From NCBI RefSeq assembly GCF_001194135.2, contig NC_068997.1, positions 10,247,811 through 10,311,810 on the forward strand: a DNA stretch of 64,000 nt. Direction: 5' to 3'. Numbering within the stretch: position 1 is the stretch's first letter; each line of letters begins with the position of its first letter. The DNA is from Octopus bimaculoides. Its lineage: Eukaryota. The notes under the pieces were generated by a model. The model was not told the DNA's origin. It saw only the letters and a list, made by a program, of their open reading frames with translations, and ran no database searches. Both the position numbers and the translations under genes were made by a program. This document shows, one piece after another, positions 14,721 to 27,283 of the stretch.

Positions 14721-15624
14721 GAAAAAATTGGAAAGAATTCTTGTTATGACACGATATGAATTCATCTGGTTAAAAAAGTATCATTGAACTGAGATCAATG
14801 GAAGGCAACTGATGACTACGATATCTGGGACAATAACACATCAGAAAGATCTCCTTACAATTTAAAGGATGAATGGTTGTGCAAAAGATTATGAAAAGAA
14901 TATCACTTACAGGTTTTTCTTTTTAAATAATGGCTTTCTTTACGACCTTGCCACCGAGCAGATGGCTTAGGAAAACTAACTTTAAAACTCCAGTCAGGAA
15001 GACATACATACATACATACATACATACATACATACATACATACATACATGCATGCATGCATGCATGCATACAGCACATACATACATAGTTCAGGTGTATA
15101 CCTGTAGTTATTGGAGCCCTGGGATATGTAACACAGTGCCTAAATACTAATGTTGAGAAATTAGGCTTCTCAAAACCAGAAAGGAGAAAGCTAATTCGAA
15201 GACTACTGATCCAATCCATCACTGGAACTGTAAAAATCTGTAAAACTTTCCAGAAGTTTATCATTTAAATATATATGAGCATGTCTAGATATGCAACTAT
15301 ATGCATGAAAATACATACATAAAACATACAAATCTGTACATACATACGTTCGTACATACATACAAACAAACAAACATACCCTGTTGTTGATGTTGAAATT
15401 CCAATGAAGGAACCTTGGATTTAGGTTAGAAACACGTTCTTTTTCTATTGGCAAGGTTCATGTTTGGTTGATTAAAAATGTAATGGCAAGTATTTATTGA
15501 CCTTTTTCTTTCCTTTAAAAATCAGCACGAACTTTCCGGACAACCCAATATTATCTATGCAATCTTTTACTTCTGAATTCATTTATTTCTTGTTATTTGT
15601 TATATTATTTCTAATAGTTCATTA

Positions 15625-15643
15625 TTTCTATATTTATTTGCAG
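15625..15643 (+). promoter_or_regulatory. Splice acceptor 6 nt upstream of the SK ATG, implying an unlocated upstream exon
   Basis: T-rich tract ending ttgcag|TTCACCATG; the ORF extension upstream of it is T-rich and intron-like. Confidence 0.6.
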
Positions 15644-15649
15644 TTCACC

Positions 15650-17050
15650 ATGAGCAAATCCAAATTTCACGACATGCCACTGATATCTCGAGCAGTGAAA
15701 TACAAAAAGTACGTGGAAGAAAAACCACCTTCGGTAGCTTCAAATAATGTGACAAAAACATTTGAAGATATCAGTCGCCGCTTGAGCCAACGAAAGAAGT
15801 TGTTCCGTCAGCGTCGACGAATTGTGAACGTTGAGTTTTCTCTTGCTATGTTTGGCATAATTTTAATGTTAATTGAAACAGAATTGCATTCCAGAAATTA
15901 CTATACGAAATCATCTCTCATATCATTTTCTATCAAATTTTCAATTTCTCTTTCAACATTAGCTCTACTGGGTGCTATAATACTTTATCATATTACTGGC
16001 ATACGTTTAAGAATGACTGCAAATGGTTTGGAAGATTGGCGACTGGCAACAGATACAAGTACATATATAAAGGTGTGTACGGAACTGATAATATGTGCTA
16101 TACACCCTCCACCAATGAGCATTCAAATAGAATTATCTTTTAAAGATGGTGAAAATAAAATGGTCAGTCTCGATCCCTTTCTATCCATTTTGATGTTGCT
16201 ACGACTTTACATCGTTGGCAAATTTATGGTGATTCACAGCAAGTTATACAGTGATACTTCCACACAGAGTCTCGGTGCGCTCAATAAAGTGAAAATTAAC
16301 TCTCCTTTTATATTCAAAGCTTTGATGTCTACAAAACCAGGGACCACTTTGATAGCTATAATGGTAATCATGTTCTTTGTGGATAGCTGGGCGATGAAGA
16401 CATGCGAATTTTACTACGCCAGTAAAAACGAGAATAATTTTTCCAACTCAATGTGGTTGATAGCAATTACATTCCTTACGGTTGGTTATGGAGACGTGAC
16501 ACCAAATAGTTCATGCGGTCAGTTTATTTGTGTATGCACTGGGTTAATGGGAGTTGGAACAACGGCTCTGCTGGTAGCAGTGATTGCTCAGAAAATTGAA
16601 CAGACTAGAGCTGAGAAATATGTGCACAATTTTGTGACGAGAGCGCATCTCGATAAATGTTACAGAAACGCGGCTGCAGACGTTGTGAAGCAGGTAATGT
16701 TTTTGTGGTGTCATCAGAAAGGCAAGAAATTATCGGAACAGCGGTTGACTCCCGCTGGTTCACTGCATTCTGTCAGTGGAAGCAAATACACAGATACTTT
16801 AAAACATAGAAGCAAGTTACTGCAATCTATTCAACTAATGCGGGTTGCCAAGAGCGAAAATATGACACTGAGAGAAAGTGCCATCGGATTAATAGAGTTG
16901 AGTAAGACTTTGGAAAACGTACTTCGGATGGTAGATGAGTTGAACACTAAGCAAAGCAACATCTGTGAAAGGGTGGTGTCTCTAGAGACTAGCACAAACC
17001 AAATAAATGATAAACTCGACGCAATACATAATTTATTACTAGGTAAATAA
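15650..17050 (+). CDS. KCNN: Small/intermediate-conductance Ca2+-activated K+ channel (SK/KCNN family), single coding exon, 466 aa
   Basis: S1 MFGIILMLIETEL, S4 LLRLY, S4-S5 HSKLYSDTSTQSLGALN, pore MWLIAITFLTVGYGD, CaM-binding AEKYVHNF..NAAADV and a C-terminal coiled coil. Uninterrupted ORF. ATG at 15650 lies 6 nt after an acceptor (tatttatttgcag). Confidence 0.95.
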   Translation: MSKSKFHDMPLISRAVKYKKYVEEKPPSVASNNVTKTFEDISRRLSQRKKLFRQRRRIVNVEFSLAMFGIILMLIETELHSRNYYTKSSLISFSIKFSISLSTLALLGAIILYHITGIRLRMTANGLEDWRLATDTSTYIKVCTELIICAIHPPPMSIQIELSFKDGENKMVSLDPFLSILMLLRLYIVGKFMVIHSKLYSDTSTQSLGALNKVKINSPFIFKALMSTKPGTTLIAIMVIMFFVDSWAMKTCEFYYASKNENNFSNSMWLIAITFLTVGYGDVTPNSSCGQFICVCTGLMGVGTTALLVAVIAQKIEQTRAEKYVHNFVTRAHLDKCYRNAAADVVKQVMFLWCHQKGKKLSEQRLTPAGSLHSVSGSKYTDTLKHRSKLLQSIQLMRVAKSENMTLRESAIGLIELSKTLENVLRMVDELNTKQSNICERVVSLETSTNQINDKLDAIHNLLLGK

Positions 17051-17051
17051 A
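17046..17051 (+). promoter_or_regulatory. AATAAA overlapping the SK stop codon (possible polyA signal)
   Basis: GGT AAA TAA A contains AATAAA; a T-run follows about 50 nt downstream. Confidence 0.3.
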
Positions 17052-17569
17052 CATATTTAGAGATTTACCAACATTTTAAAATTAGAGACTTACAAAAAGT
17101 TTTTAAAAAATAACATTTTAAAATTAACTAGCACCAGCCTGTCACGTTGTTAGACTATTTTAGAGTTTCTTCCATGAATATCATTATTAAACCTCAACAA
17201 CAGACTCTCTAAACCACTCACATTGCGGTTTAATCATCACAAATTCCTCTCGTTATCGTAGAGCTAATTTTAAGTTTGATAAAGTTTAATAAAGTTTTGA
17301 TGTTATCATGTTAATTTCTGTGGTTTTCGGCATATCTTGCTCTGCAAAGATTAACCTCGCTGATTCCACCAATCACTACACTTCAAATAAAAGTTAGTGT
17401 AGCATTACTACTGATAGTGTGGCATTACTACTGTTATGTGTGTAATACAGCTAGCAATATATCAGTTACTGTAGTTATTGCTATTTCAGCTCTAATTTCC
17501 TCTTATCTAGTATTTGACTTTACTACACATTTTGTATTGTAGCAATAGTTAATGCTGAAGAAAGTGTTA

Positions 17570-18020
17570 GTCTAAAACATTTGTCGAGGTTTCAAAAACC
17601 GTCTGTAGAAAAACAGCCGTTGATGCTATTAACATATGCTGGTTTTAAAATAGCTGTTAGTGTTGTAAAAACCCTTGACATTCTAACAGTCGCTGATACT
17701 GTAGCAAATAGTTTTAAAACATGTTGGTGTTACGAAAATGCGAAGATTGTAACAGTTGTTTGATGCTGTTGATAAGTGTTGGCTTTGAAATACCTGTTGC
17801 GTACATCATTGGTATTGTAACAGTTGTTGATATCAGCCGCAGATTTTAATTTGAAAACTTCTGCTGCTCGCCCTGGCAAACACTGTTGATGTCGTAACTG
17901 TCGATGCTCCCCTTTTCAAGCACTGGCTTCCAATCATTTGTTGCTGTTATTTCCAGCATTGTTGGTCTTGCAACAGTTACTGATGCTGCCATAGATTTTT
18001 GTTCTAAAACATCTGCTGAT
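17570..18020. repeat. Highly degenerate tandem repeat of about 69 bp
   Basis: ttt(t/g)aaaa..(c)tgttg motif at about 17574, 17643, 17712, 17784, 17851, 17914 and 18002; aacagttg.tgat motif interleaved. Confidence 0.55.
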
Positions 18021-19695
18021 ATTGGAAAGCAAAATGCAAGAGGAAAGAAATGAAAGAAACACCATTGATTCTGTTTGGTGATGCATGGAATACTGAGGCA
18101 TGATGACCTTCAGAATATCCAAATGCTTTTCTTATTACAGTGTATCGCAGAGCAGTGCTTTGGTGCAGGGTTCTTTAGAATGTATTGTAGCATGTTTTGT
18201 AATGTTCTGTAATGTTTATTTCTTGGCGTAGTGAAGTCGTATATTGTAATGTATTTATTTTTGTAACGTGTTATAGTGCAGTAATATTATTAACGTGTTG
18301 TGGTTTTGAAATGTTTTATTGTTGTAGTAGTAGTAGTAGTAGTAGTAGTAGTATGGTAGAAGCAACAGTAGTAGTAGTATCGGTAGTAGTAATGGTAGTA
18401 GTTGTAGTAGTAGTAGCTGTAGCAGCAGCATACTGTTTGTGTAACGTTTGTAGCATAGTATATTATGGTGTACTGTCTTATGTTCTATGTGTGCGTTTTA
18501 TTTTTCACTTTGTAACATATCGTCGTTTTGAAGTGTTACTGTAGTAGAGTTAAGAGACTGTGGCACTGGCTAGAGTAAAAAAAAAACAACACATTGACAA
18601 ACTTCTGTTAATGTAAAGCATATTAGTGCCGTTAAAGGAATTGGTGTTGTCGCATAGTGTTAAAACCGGTGTTGATGTTGCAGTGTGTGCTGGCGTTGCG
18701 GCAAGGCTCAGAGGTACGTCTGCACTGATGTAATCAGTAGCCGTTACTAGATCATTGATAGATCCGTTGTGCTGATGTAATATTTATTTCTTTTAATGAG
18801 GCGCAATGATAACTTTTACAGGAGGAGTGTACAATCAACTGAATCGATCTCATTGATATTATTGTTATATTATATAATATGTTATATTATAAATATTTAT
18901 TTTAGTGAAACCCCAGAAAGACGAAAATCAAAGTTGACTCCGTTAAGGTATGAGATGAACCTGAAAAATGTAAAGTATTTAGTTTGACACAGAGCTATTT
19001 CGCCAATTTCTCACGCTTAATTGGTTACATGTAGATTTTGCTGAGTGATAAACAAATAATCAGTTGAACCGAACCCTTTATAATAGTGTTCTGTATTTGT
19101 TTTCAACTCTGGAAGGATGAAAGCTGAAGTTTATCCCAGCAGGATTTGAATTCAGAACCACGAGAAATGAAACTAAATACTGTAAAATGGAAACAAGAAA
19201 ACAGACCTCTTCATCACGTATGTGACTGATGAACATCACAACTCGTTTCATCTAAATTTTGGAAAGTATTTCATTTGGCGCCCATCTATATAGAACGTGT
19301 CCCATAATCTTTTTGCTTACCATCTTCCATTAAAACTTTGGTTCTTCAAACTTACCCGGAAAAGCAAAGGGCAAACTTTCCGAAGCTGTCCTCCCTGAGA
19401 CAATATTTCAAAACCAGGGGAAATTGTTATGCACGGTAATCAACATATTATTAGAAAAATATAATTTTGTACTAAAGCCTTATTGAACTTGCTCTTAATG
19501 TTTGTCATTTTTATACATTAAACTCTCTAATATTTTGTTTTTCATATGACAGATTACCTACTGCAGATATCTACGAGTGTGAGCTGAAAGGTTCATAGGT
19601 TGATTATGAAGGAGTGATGCTACAGCCGTGAAATCTTGCATGCATTAATTTTGACTCTTTCTTATTAATAAATGCAATTGGTTCTTTCCAGGTAA

Positions 19696-19807
<112 letters not shown>

Positions 19808-20402
19808 GGAGAGAGAGGAAGAGAGGTTATGCAACGATTGTGATCTTATCATGGGTGTTAACAGTGAATATCTGAAAAGGAGTCTGAAGATTGGAGGATG
19901 CGAATAAAGGACTTGCAATCAATACAGAATTGAAATTTAACAAAACACTTGTGCATTTGCCAGTTTAAAACTTCACACCGTTACAACTGCTGCTTCCACT
20001 GCTGCTATTACTACTCCTGATGCTGTTTCTGAGGCTGTTTATGTTTACAGTGGTGAACCAAATATGATAACTAACACTATGAATCACAACCAAATCCTTG
20101 AACCGTCAGCCTGTCCTAGGAATCCAGTGACGAAGTGGACTCCTTAAATAAGATCATTCACGTTCTATTAGTGTCTTGTCCACTTAAACTGAGCCACATA
20201 TTGTATTAACGTAACTATTATGTAGTCAAGTCACTCTTGATTGATTTATCATTCTATCTTTTGTCTGCTATTGATTTTCTCATCTTGCCATATCAAGATA
20301 TCTCCAATAACAGCGATAATAGCACGTGTGTATATATGTGTGTATAAATGCGGTGTGTATGCGTCTGCGTGTGTATGTGTGTGTTTGAATGTATGTGTGT
20401 GC

Positions 20403-20438
<36 letters not shown>

Positions 20439-20947
20439 AAGTGTCAATGTATGTTTGTATTCACACTTGCGTGTGTGTATTTGTCCAATTGCTCCTGGTG
20501 TTTATCTGTCTGTACCAGTGTGTTTGCATATGTATGTGAGTTCGTATATATGTATATCATTGAATGAATGTGCCTGTTTGTGTGTTTCTGTGTGTGTGTG
20601 TGTGTGTGTGTGTGCTTGAGTGTGCATGTATGTCTGTCTGTCTTTTGCATTGGGGTGTTTTTTTTATAGCAGGTGTGATGGTGTAACATCTATTATGATA
20701 TGAACAAATAGAAACATGGCTACGTAAATATCACCAACAGTCAAGTACTGGGATCGAATTCAATCGATAATACGGAAGTCTTCCATGTGGAACATGGTTT
20801 CGAATACCTGGCGGTCACGCGTCCACTTCCAGGTCATTTCATCCCGCACGGTCCATCCGAGAGAACTTTTCTCCAAGTATCCTAAGGCGGACGGTACATT
20901 CATTGTGAAAACATTTGTGTACGGAACGAAGTCCGCGGGCTTGCGTA

Positions 20948-21150
20948 CGAGCTGCCAGAATTGTTAGCACGCCGGACAAAATGCTTAGCGGCATTTCGTT
21001 CGTCTTAACGTTCTAGGTTCAAATTCCGCCGACGTCAACGTCGGGCCTTTCATCCTTTCGGGGCTGATAAAATAATAAGTACCAGTTGAACACTGGAGTC
21101 GACGTAATCGACTTATACCCTTCTTCCGAAATTGCTCCCCTTGTGCCAAA
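20948..21150 (+). mobile_element. SINE-A copy with (ATT)n tail
   Basis: Full head, core and tail. Confidence 0.8.
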
Positions 21151-21223
<73 letters not shown>

Positions 21224-22344
21224 CGATTCTCGGGGAGATGAGTGGTTAAATCAATCTCGTCACTATCTGAATATGTCACAGCGAAACTAAACACTCATGT
21301 TTAATTCATATCATTGTGAAACTAAATATTCACTTGTAATTTATTTAACCTGGAGTTGTATTGCCCCGGCCAACTCCACCGTACTTCAATGTTCATTTAT
21401 ACTGGAGAAAGCAAGCTAAGCTAATATTATAGGTCACTTTTTGGTGAGAATATGAACTGTACTTAAATAAATGTCAGAGTTTATTTTGGACGTTTGTTAA
21501 CCTTTGCGGGAAAGATTAATTTTCATTTCCTTCCTTGTATTAAAAATTTGCATCATAAGTTTTTTTTTTACGAGTTATGCTCCTTAGTTGACATATATTA
21601 CTCACTTGTGCAAAGAAAAAAAAATACTTTGATATAGTTTCTGTATAATTTCTCAATTCAAATCCTGCAAGAGCTACACTTTGCGTCTTATTCTTCCTCG
21701 GCTAGAAAAAGTAAACCAAACCTAAACAAAACAAACCTCTAGAATTGGCAACGATAAGAATCGCAGATATTTCTCGACCAAAAATTTTGTTGGCGTCGCT
21801 GTCAAGTTTTGAATATTGGGTTAGATGTTATATACCATTTAATCTCATTCCTTTCTTTATATGTGAGTTCGAATTCCACTGAAGTTGACTTTAACCTTTT
21901 GATCTGCCGAATTGTTTTACTTCGTAGAATATGGCTCAAGAATACTTCGTAGAATATGGCTCAAGAATATAGCCTCAAGACCAAGTTATGTATTGGGGTG
22001 AATTTATTAGGAAGATCTTCCTCGCTTACAGATTTATGGCTTCATGGGGTTCTGCTAGTGTCAGACTAATAACAGACTATGACGAACACTCAGTAAGTTT
22101 AGTTCAAAAGGATTCTTCTACTCCTAGATGTGGACTCACATCATTTACGTCACTGGGATGTTATTAGGAAAGACACGAATATCACAGCGCCATTTTGTTC
22201 TTCTCCATCAATTAATTTGTGACTGTGTGTTATGTATTTATATGTGAAGTATTTTTACTTATATTGTCTGAATCTTCGGATTTTGGGATTCGGTGGAATA
22301 ATGATTCCTAACAATGTTAGCCGTCTTTCTCCCATGTTTCCATT

Positions 22345-23226
22345 ACATGGAAAAATGCGAGCAAGAAAAATAATATTCTTCAGTTTATAAGCCTGGAAAA
22401 TTACAGGGCAAGTTATTACACCTGGAAAAGTTCAGAACAACTCATTACATCTGGTAAAGTACAAAACAAGTAAATTTTTGCTTAAAATATTGCAGCTAAG
22501 GATAAAATTTCAAATAAAATGTTTAGATTTAGAAAATATTAGCTTTTATTAAAACTAAAAATTTTATTACAAATTATTACTTCTATTTGTTATTATTTAC
22601 TGCTTCTATTAAAAAAAAAAATAACTCAAAATATATTTTGCACTTTAAAAAAATTCATTTTTAAAATTATTAATTAATAATTAGAAATTTGAAAATAGGT
22701 TATAAAAAATGATAGTAGTACATAATTAGTTAGTACAATAAATAGAATAATACAAAAAATAATTATATATTGCAGTAAAATCTACTTATAACAACAAGTT
22801 CACAGTAAAATTTGCTTGAGTTATTGCCTAAGTTATTACTCAGTCTTCACATTTCTAGTCTTGACCCAGTGCCTATTTTTTATATAAGGAATTTGTCTAC
22901 CATATATACTATCCTACTTAGCATAAAACTTTAGCTATATTGGTAATTCTGGCTCTCATTTTTTAAGCATTCTAGTGTGTCAATATTTTAACAAAATGAT
23001 GGTACCTTTTTTAATTATAATGTTACAGTGTAAATTAAAATCAAATAAGTTTTAATAATCAAATTTTATCCTTTGCTGCAATATCTTAAGTAAAGATTTT
23101 CTTGTTCTGTACTTTATCAAATGTAATGAGTTGTCCTGAACTTTTTCAAGTGTAATAACCTGTCCTGTAATTTTCTAGGTTTATAATCTTAAGAATATTA
23201 TTTCTCTTGCTAGCATTTTTCCATGT
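22345..23226. mobile_element. MITE/foldback with about 165-bp imperfect terminal inverted repeats
   Basis: 22345-22510 matches the reverse complement of 23062-23226 (acatggaaaaatgc.agcaag...ggataaaattt). Confidence 0.8.
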
Positions 23227-25534
23227 TTTTTCCAGGCTGTGCTATAATGCTAATTAATAATGCGTCAAATGTCTCAATTAGCGGTGTCATTGGTAATTTC
23301 TTTTCCTTACCTCAATGACGCTGGTGACATATATACTACAAATCCCCTTATAGAACTATATTCATAAAAAAGTATAGAACTATATTATCACCCTCAAATT
23401 TGAGAAACAAACACTCATAAAATGTTTCTTTTAAAACTTCAATGCATGAGATTGATACCATGAAATTCCTCGAATGGAGCTCCATCATCTCAGCTTAATT
23501 AAGATATAATTTGCTTTTAAAATAAAAAAGATAATTAGACTTAAATCCAATTTTTCCTTATATTTTTTCATTATATTTTACTTCATAACTTCTTTTCAAC
23601 AAATTTTTGCTGCATGGGACCAAAACTATAAAATTATTCATGCTTTCTTCTATCATTGAAACTAAGATAAATATATTTTGCTTTTAAAATAAAAAAGTAA
23701 TTTAGATTTAAACTTGATTGGTGGCGTTACTTACTCTCCTATAACGTTGCTACAAATTTTGATGTAAACTTTTTTTTTACTGGACCAAACCTCAATTTTG
23801 TTATGCCAAAATGTAGCTAGGGACCAGTCCCCTTCAAAAATGTTAACAGTTTTCAGTTTGGTTAAGAACTGGATTAGCAACAAGCTCTGAATGGTGCTGC
23901 GTGTGAGTAAATTGCGGCCTTAAGAATATTATTCAACTACGATAGTAGTTGAATGATTAAAGAAGTATTTTCTATTGCTACAGACCACGGCGGTATGAGT
24001 AACAAAGTCTCTCTCTCCCAAAAGGATTTGAATTGGGATTTTTGAGGTAATACCTCATCCTATGAGGTGAATTTTATCCTCGTTAAAATTTGAAACCAAC
24101 TCCTAACGAATTCTCTAAATACTGTATCATAAAAAAGTTATGATACAAAAATAGTAATTCAATATAAGTTGTTAAGAACATTCCATGAATGTTTTAAAGC
24201 ATTATAACTATTTGGTTAATTAAAATATCATAACACTTTAACTAATATTGCTGAGTGTGTTCGGTAGAATCAAAGATATATTTTAATACCCAGTTCAAGT
24301 TCTAATGCACTTTCAATTCGTCCTTGATATTAAAACGGTTACTCTCTGCTTATCTTGAAACGAAATTAATTACTATAAAAACAATTCATTACGTAGGCTG
24401 ACTGCAAAATATTTGGAGGGAGAGTGTATTATCGATTAAACTGGTTTCATTATCATTATATTATTTTTGCTGTTGTTTAGTCCCAGGTCAGCAATATCTA
24501 TGCCAACCTATTCTCAGAGGTGTTCCATTCATGACTATCCCGTCTTCGCACGTATAATGATGTACCCAGGCCCTACATGATCCTATTTAATCTTTTTGCC
24601 TTTTGGGGATTTGATTTGAGGGTGGTTTGATTGCTATTTCTTGTAGGTAAAGAGATTACAGAGAGACTCTATTGTTGGCACTTAGACCTCTTTCATTAGA
24701 TCACAGTTTTGCTTTAATAATCTTATCTGAATGAACATTTTTAGGCCATCCTTTTTTAGGTCCTTCTTCGGTTACGGTGAGCAGCGCGCTCCCTAGAAAA
24801 GGCTGCTCAGTTGTATGGTCTCGGGTGCTCATTTTGCTAGAGTTAGAAAACAGAATATAATAAGGTAAAACGATGGAACGGGAAGAATATATTTGTGTCG
24901 GCAGAATGTACCACTAATGATTTAAACATCTTCATAGTGTTTATTTTTTATTTCAAAAATTGCCAGCGACACACTTTGCACCTAATAAGTTTTACAACAA
25001 TATCTTAAGTGCTGGCATCAATAAAAATCGTTAATAAATTTTGTGCCCAGAGGAACGAAAGAAGTCTAACGTTTCGGAGAGAAAATTTTCATCGGAGAGG
25101 AAAAATTTCCTATATTAGGAAAGCTGAAGAAGAAAGGAAGCAGGAAGAAGGAAAACAGGAAATAAGAGGAGGGAAGGGACAAGTAATAAGGGTTAGCACA
25201 GAAGGAAACGGTCAGAGCGAGGGGAAGATGAAAAGAACGCGAAAACAGGTAATTATTACATTTCTTCTACATGATAGTTTCTATAAAAACGTTTTATCAG
25301 CGCTGAGAGGTTTCGTTATGGCATGCATTTTGAAACAGTATAAAAATATCATCGTATATAAATTGATTCATTATGTACATACAAAGATTTAAGATTTACA
25401 AAGTAAGAGAAGGCGCAGTGATATTTGTTTGTTTTTTAAGAGCCCGTGATTATTAGCGATATATGTAAGTGCGAAACATGTACAATTGAATACCGTGGCA
25501 TCATTACCATTTCAGTATCATTTTCCTTGTTAAA

Positions 25535-25705
25535 GCAGCGAGCTGGCTGAATTAATTGTTAGCGGCATTCTACGTTCTGAGTGCAAATTCCGCCTTTCGT
25601 CTTTTCGTAGGGTCGATAAAATAAGCACCAGCTGAGCACTGGGGTCTATGTAATCAGCTTACCCCTCCCCCGAAATTGCTAGCCTTGGGCCAAAATTTGA
25701 AACCT
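25535..25705 (+). mobile_element. SINE-A copy (internally deleted)
   Basis: gcagcgagctggc head; gggtcgataaaataagcaccag. Confidence 0.7.
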
Positions 25706-26003
25706 ATGTCAAACTCCTCTTTGTCATCAACGGCGTTGTTCTTGTGGCTGCGTCATCTGTTATTGTTCTTGAATAAGGTTAAGCTTGAGTGTACCGAGTC
25801 CAAGAGACGGTTTCAATTTCTTCGAGAGGCATGAACAAAACATTGACGAAATATCGTTGCGAAATATTACTGTAGCATGTTCTTGGATAAATGAGATTGC
25901 ATGCAATTTAGAAATAACAGCTGAAATGTAAAAAGCACAAAAGACTGACATCGTATCATACTCAGACATCGTGTCATACTCAATAATCCTACAAATGCTT
26001 TAG

Positions 26004-26376
26004 AAATTTTGGATCTTGTTCAAAACGGAGGGAAGGAGCAAGTCAATTAGGGTTAGGGTTAGGGTTAGGGTTAGGGAAAACGAACACACGTGTGTTGCCT
26101 CTGCAAAATGTCAGAAGTAATGGAGATTAAATACGCTTTACACCGCTTAAAGTGCCAAAGGAGTAAGTGTAAACAGCTGAATACTTGTCAGTGATTGGTT
26201 GAAATTATCGAAATAAGACAATTTTTTACATGAAATAAATCCGAATACAAAATTTTTTCTGTTCTATAACACAAAATAGATAAGTATACGAAGTTTGAAA
26301 GTCTTTCGGTACCAAAAACACTACATAAAACATAAATGAAAACTGGTGCCCCCGTTTTGAACAAGATCCGAAATTT
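26004..26376. mobile_element. MITE with 25-bp TIRs carrying (TTAGGG)5
   Basis: aaattttggatcttgttcaaaacgg vs ccgttttgaacaagatccgaaattt (24/25); TTAGGG x5 at 26047-26076. Confidence 0.75.
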
Positions 26377-26744
26377 TATTTCTCGCCGATGAAAAGTTCC
26401 ACTCCAAAAAGGTAAATTTCATTCTCTCGAAACTTACAATTTATTCCTCAGTAAGAACACTTTCTAGCACTATTTGTCTTCGCAGAACATGACTTGCTCC
26501 TTCGGATGATACCGTCTTCTTCTTATCTAGATTCCTCTTTCATCTTTCCCAGGTCGATAAAACAATGTACGAGGCACAGCCATGGCTGTGTGTTTTAAGA
26601 GATCCACTTTGCAACTATGTGGTTCCGGGTGCGATCTCAATGCATGCTACCTTGGGTAAGTGTCTTCTATCATTCGCTCGAGTTGACGAGTTCCTTGTGA
26701 ACGGAATTTGCTAAACTGAAGCTGTGTCAAAGCTCGCCTCTTGC

Positions 26745-26811
<67 letters not shown>

Positions 26812-26912
26812 CCATCTTTGTTGAGCCCTGTGTGGCTAATAAAAGAAATGTATGTATGTATGTATGTATGTATGTATGTATGTATGTATGTATGTATCTA
26901 TCTATCTATCTA

Positions 26913-26956
<44 letters not shown>

Positions 26957-26988
26957 ATATGATATTTGTCTGTATGTAAGTGTGCGTA

Positions 26989-27058
<70 letters not shown>

Positions 27059-27237
27059 ATAGACACAATATGCAGTTTGTACCTTTTAAGCATTTGAGCT
27101 GTATCAACATAATGTAATAAAGTGTTTCTCTGAAGAAGAACCGTTGTGGAACTGCATTCAAATGCTGTATGAAACACCCAATGCAGAAGATGCAAATAGC
27201 TACCATGGAGAAAAGTGCTTCTGGAACAAATGGTATG

Positions 27238-27283
<46 letters not shown>

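Noticed and set aside
14911-14965. Possible 55-nt minus-strand exon (cctaag|...|GTAAGT)
   Set aside because: Splice-like signals only; the peptide is unrecognised and no partner exon was identified, so RNA-seq would be needed.
15497-15649. N-terminal extension of the SK ORF given in the ORF track
   Set aside because: Starts at a non-ATG codon, is T-rich, ends in a splice acceptor and has no SK similarity; treated as intron.
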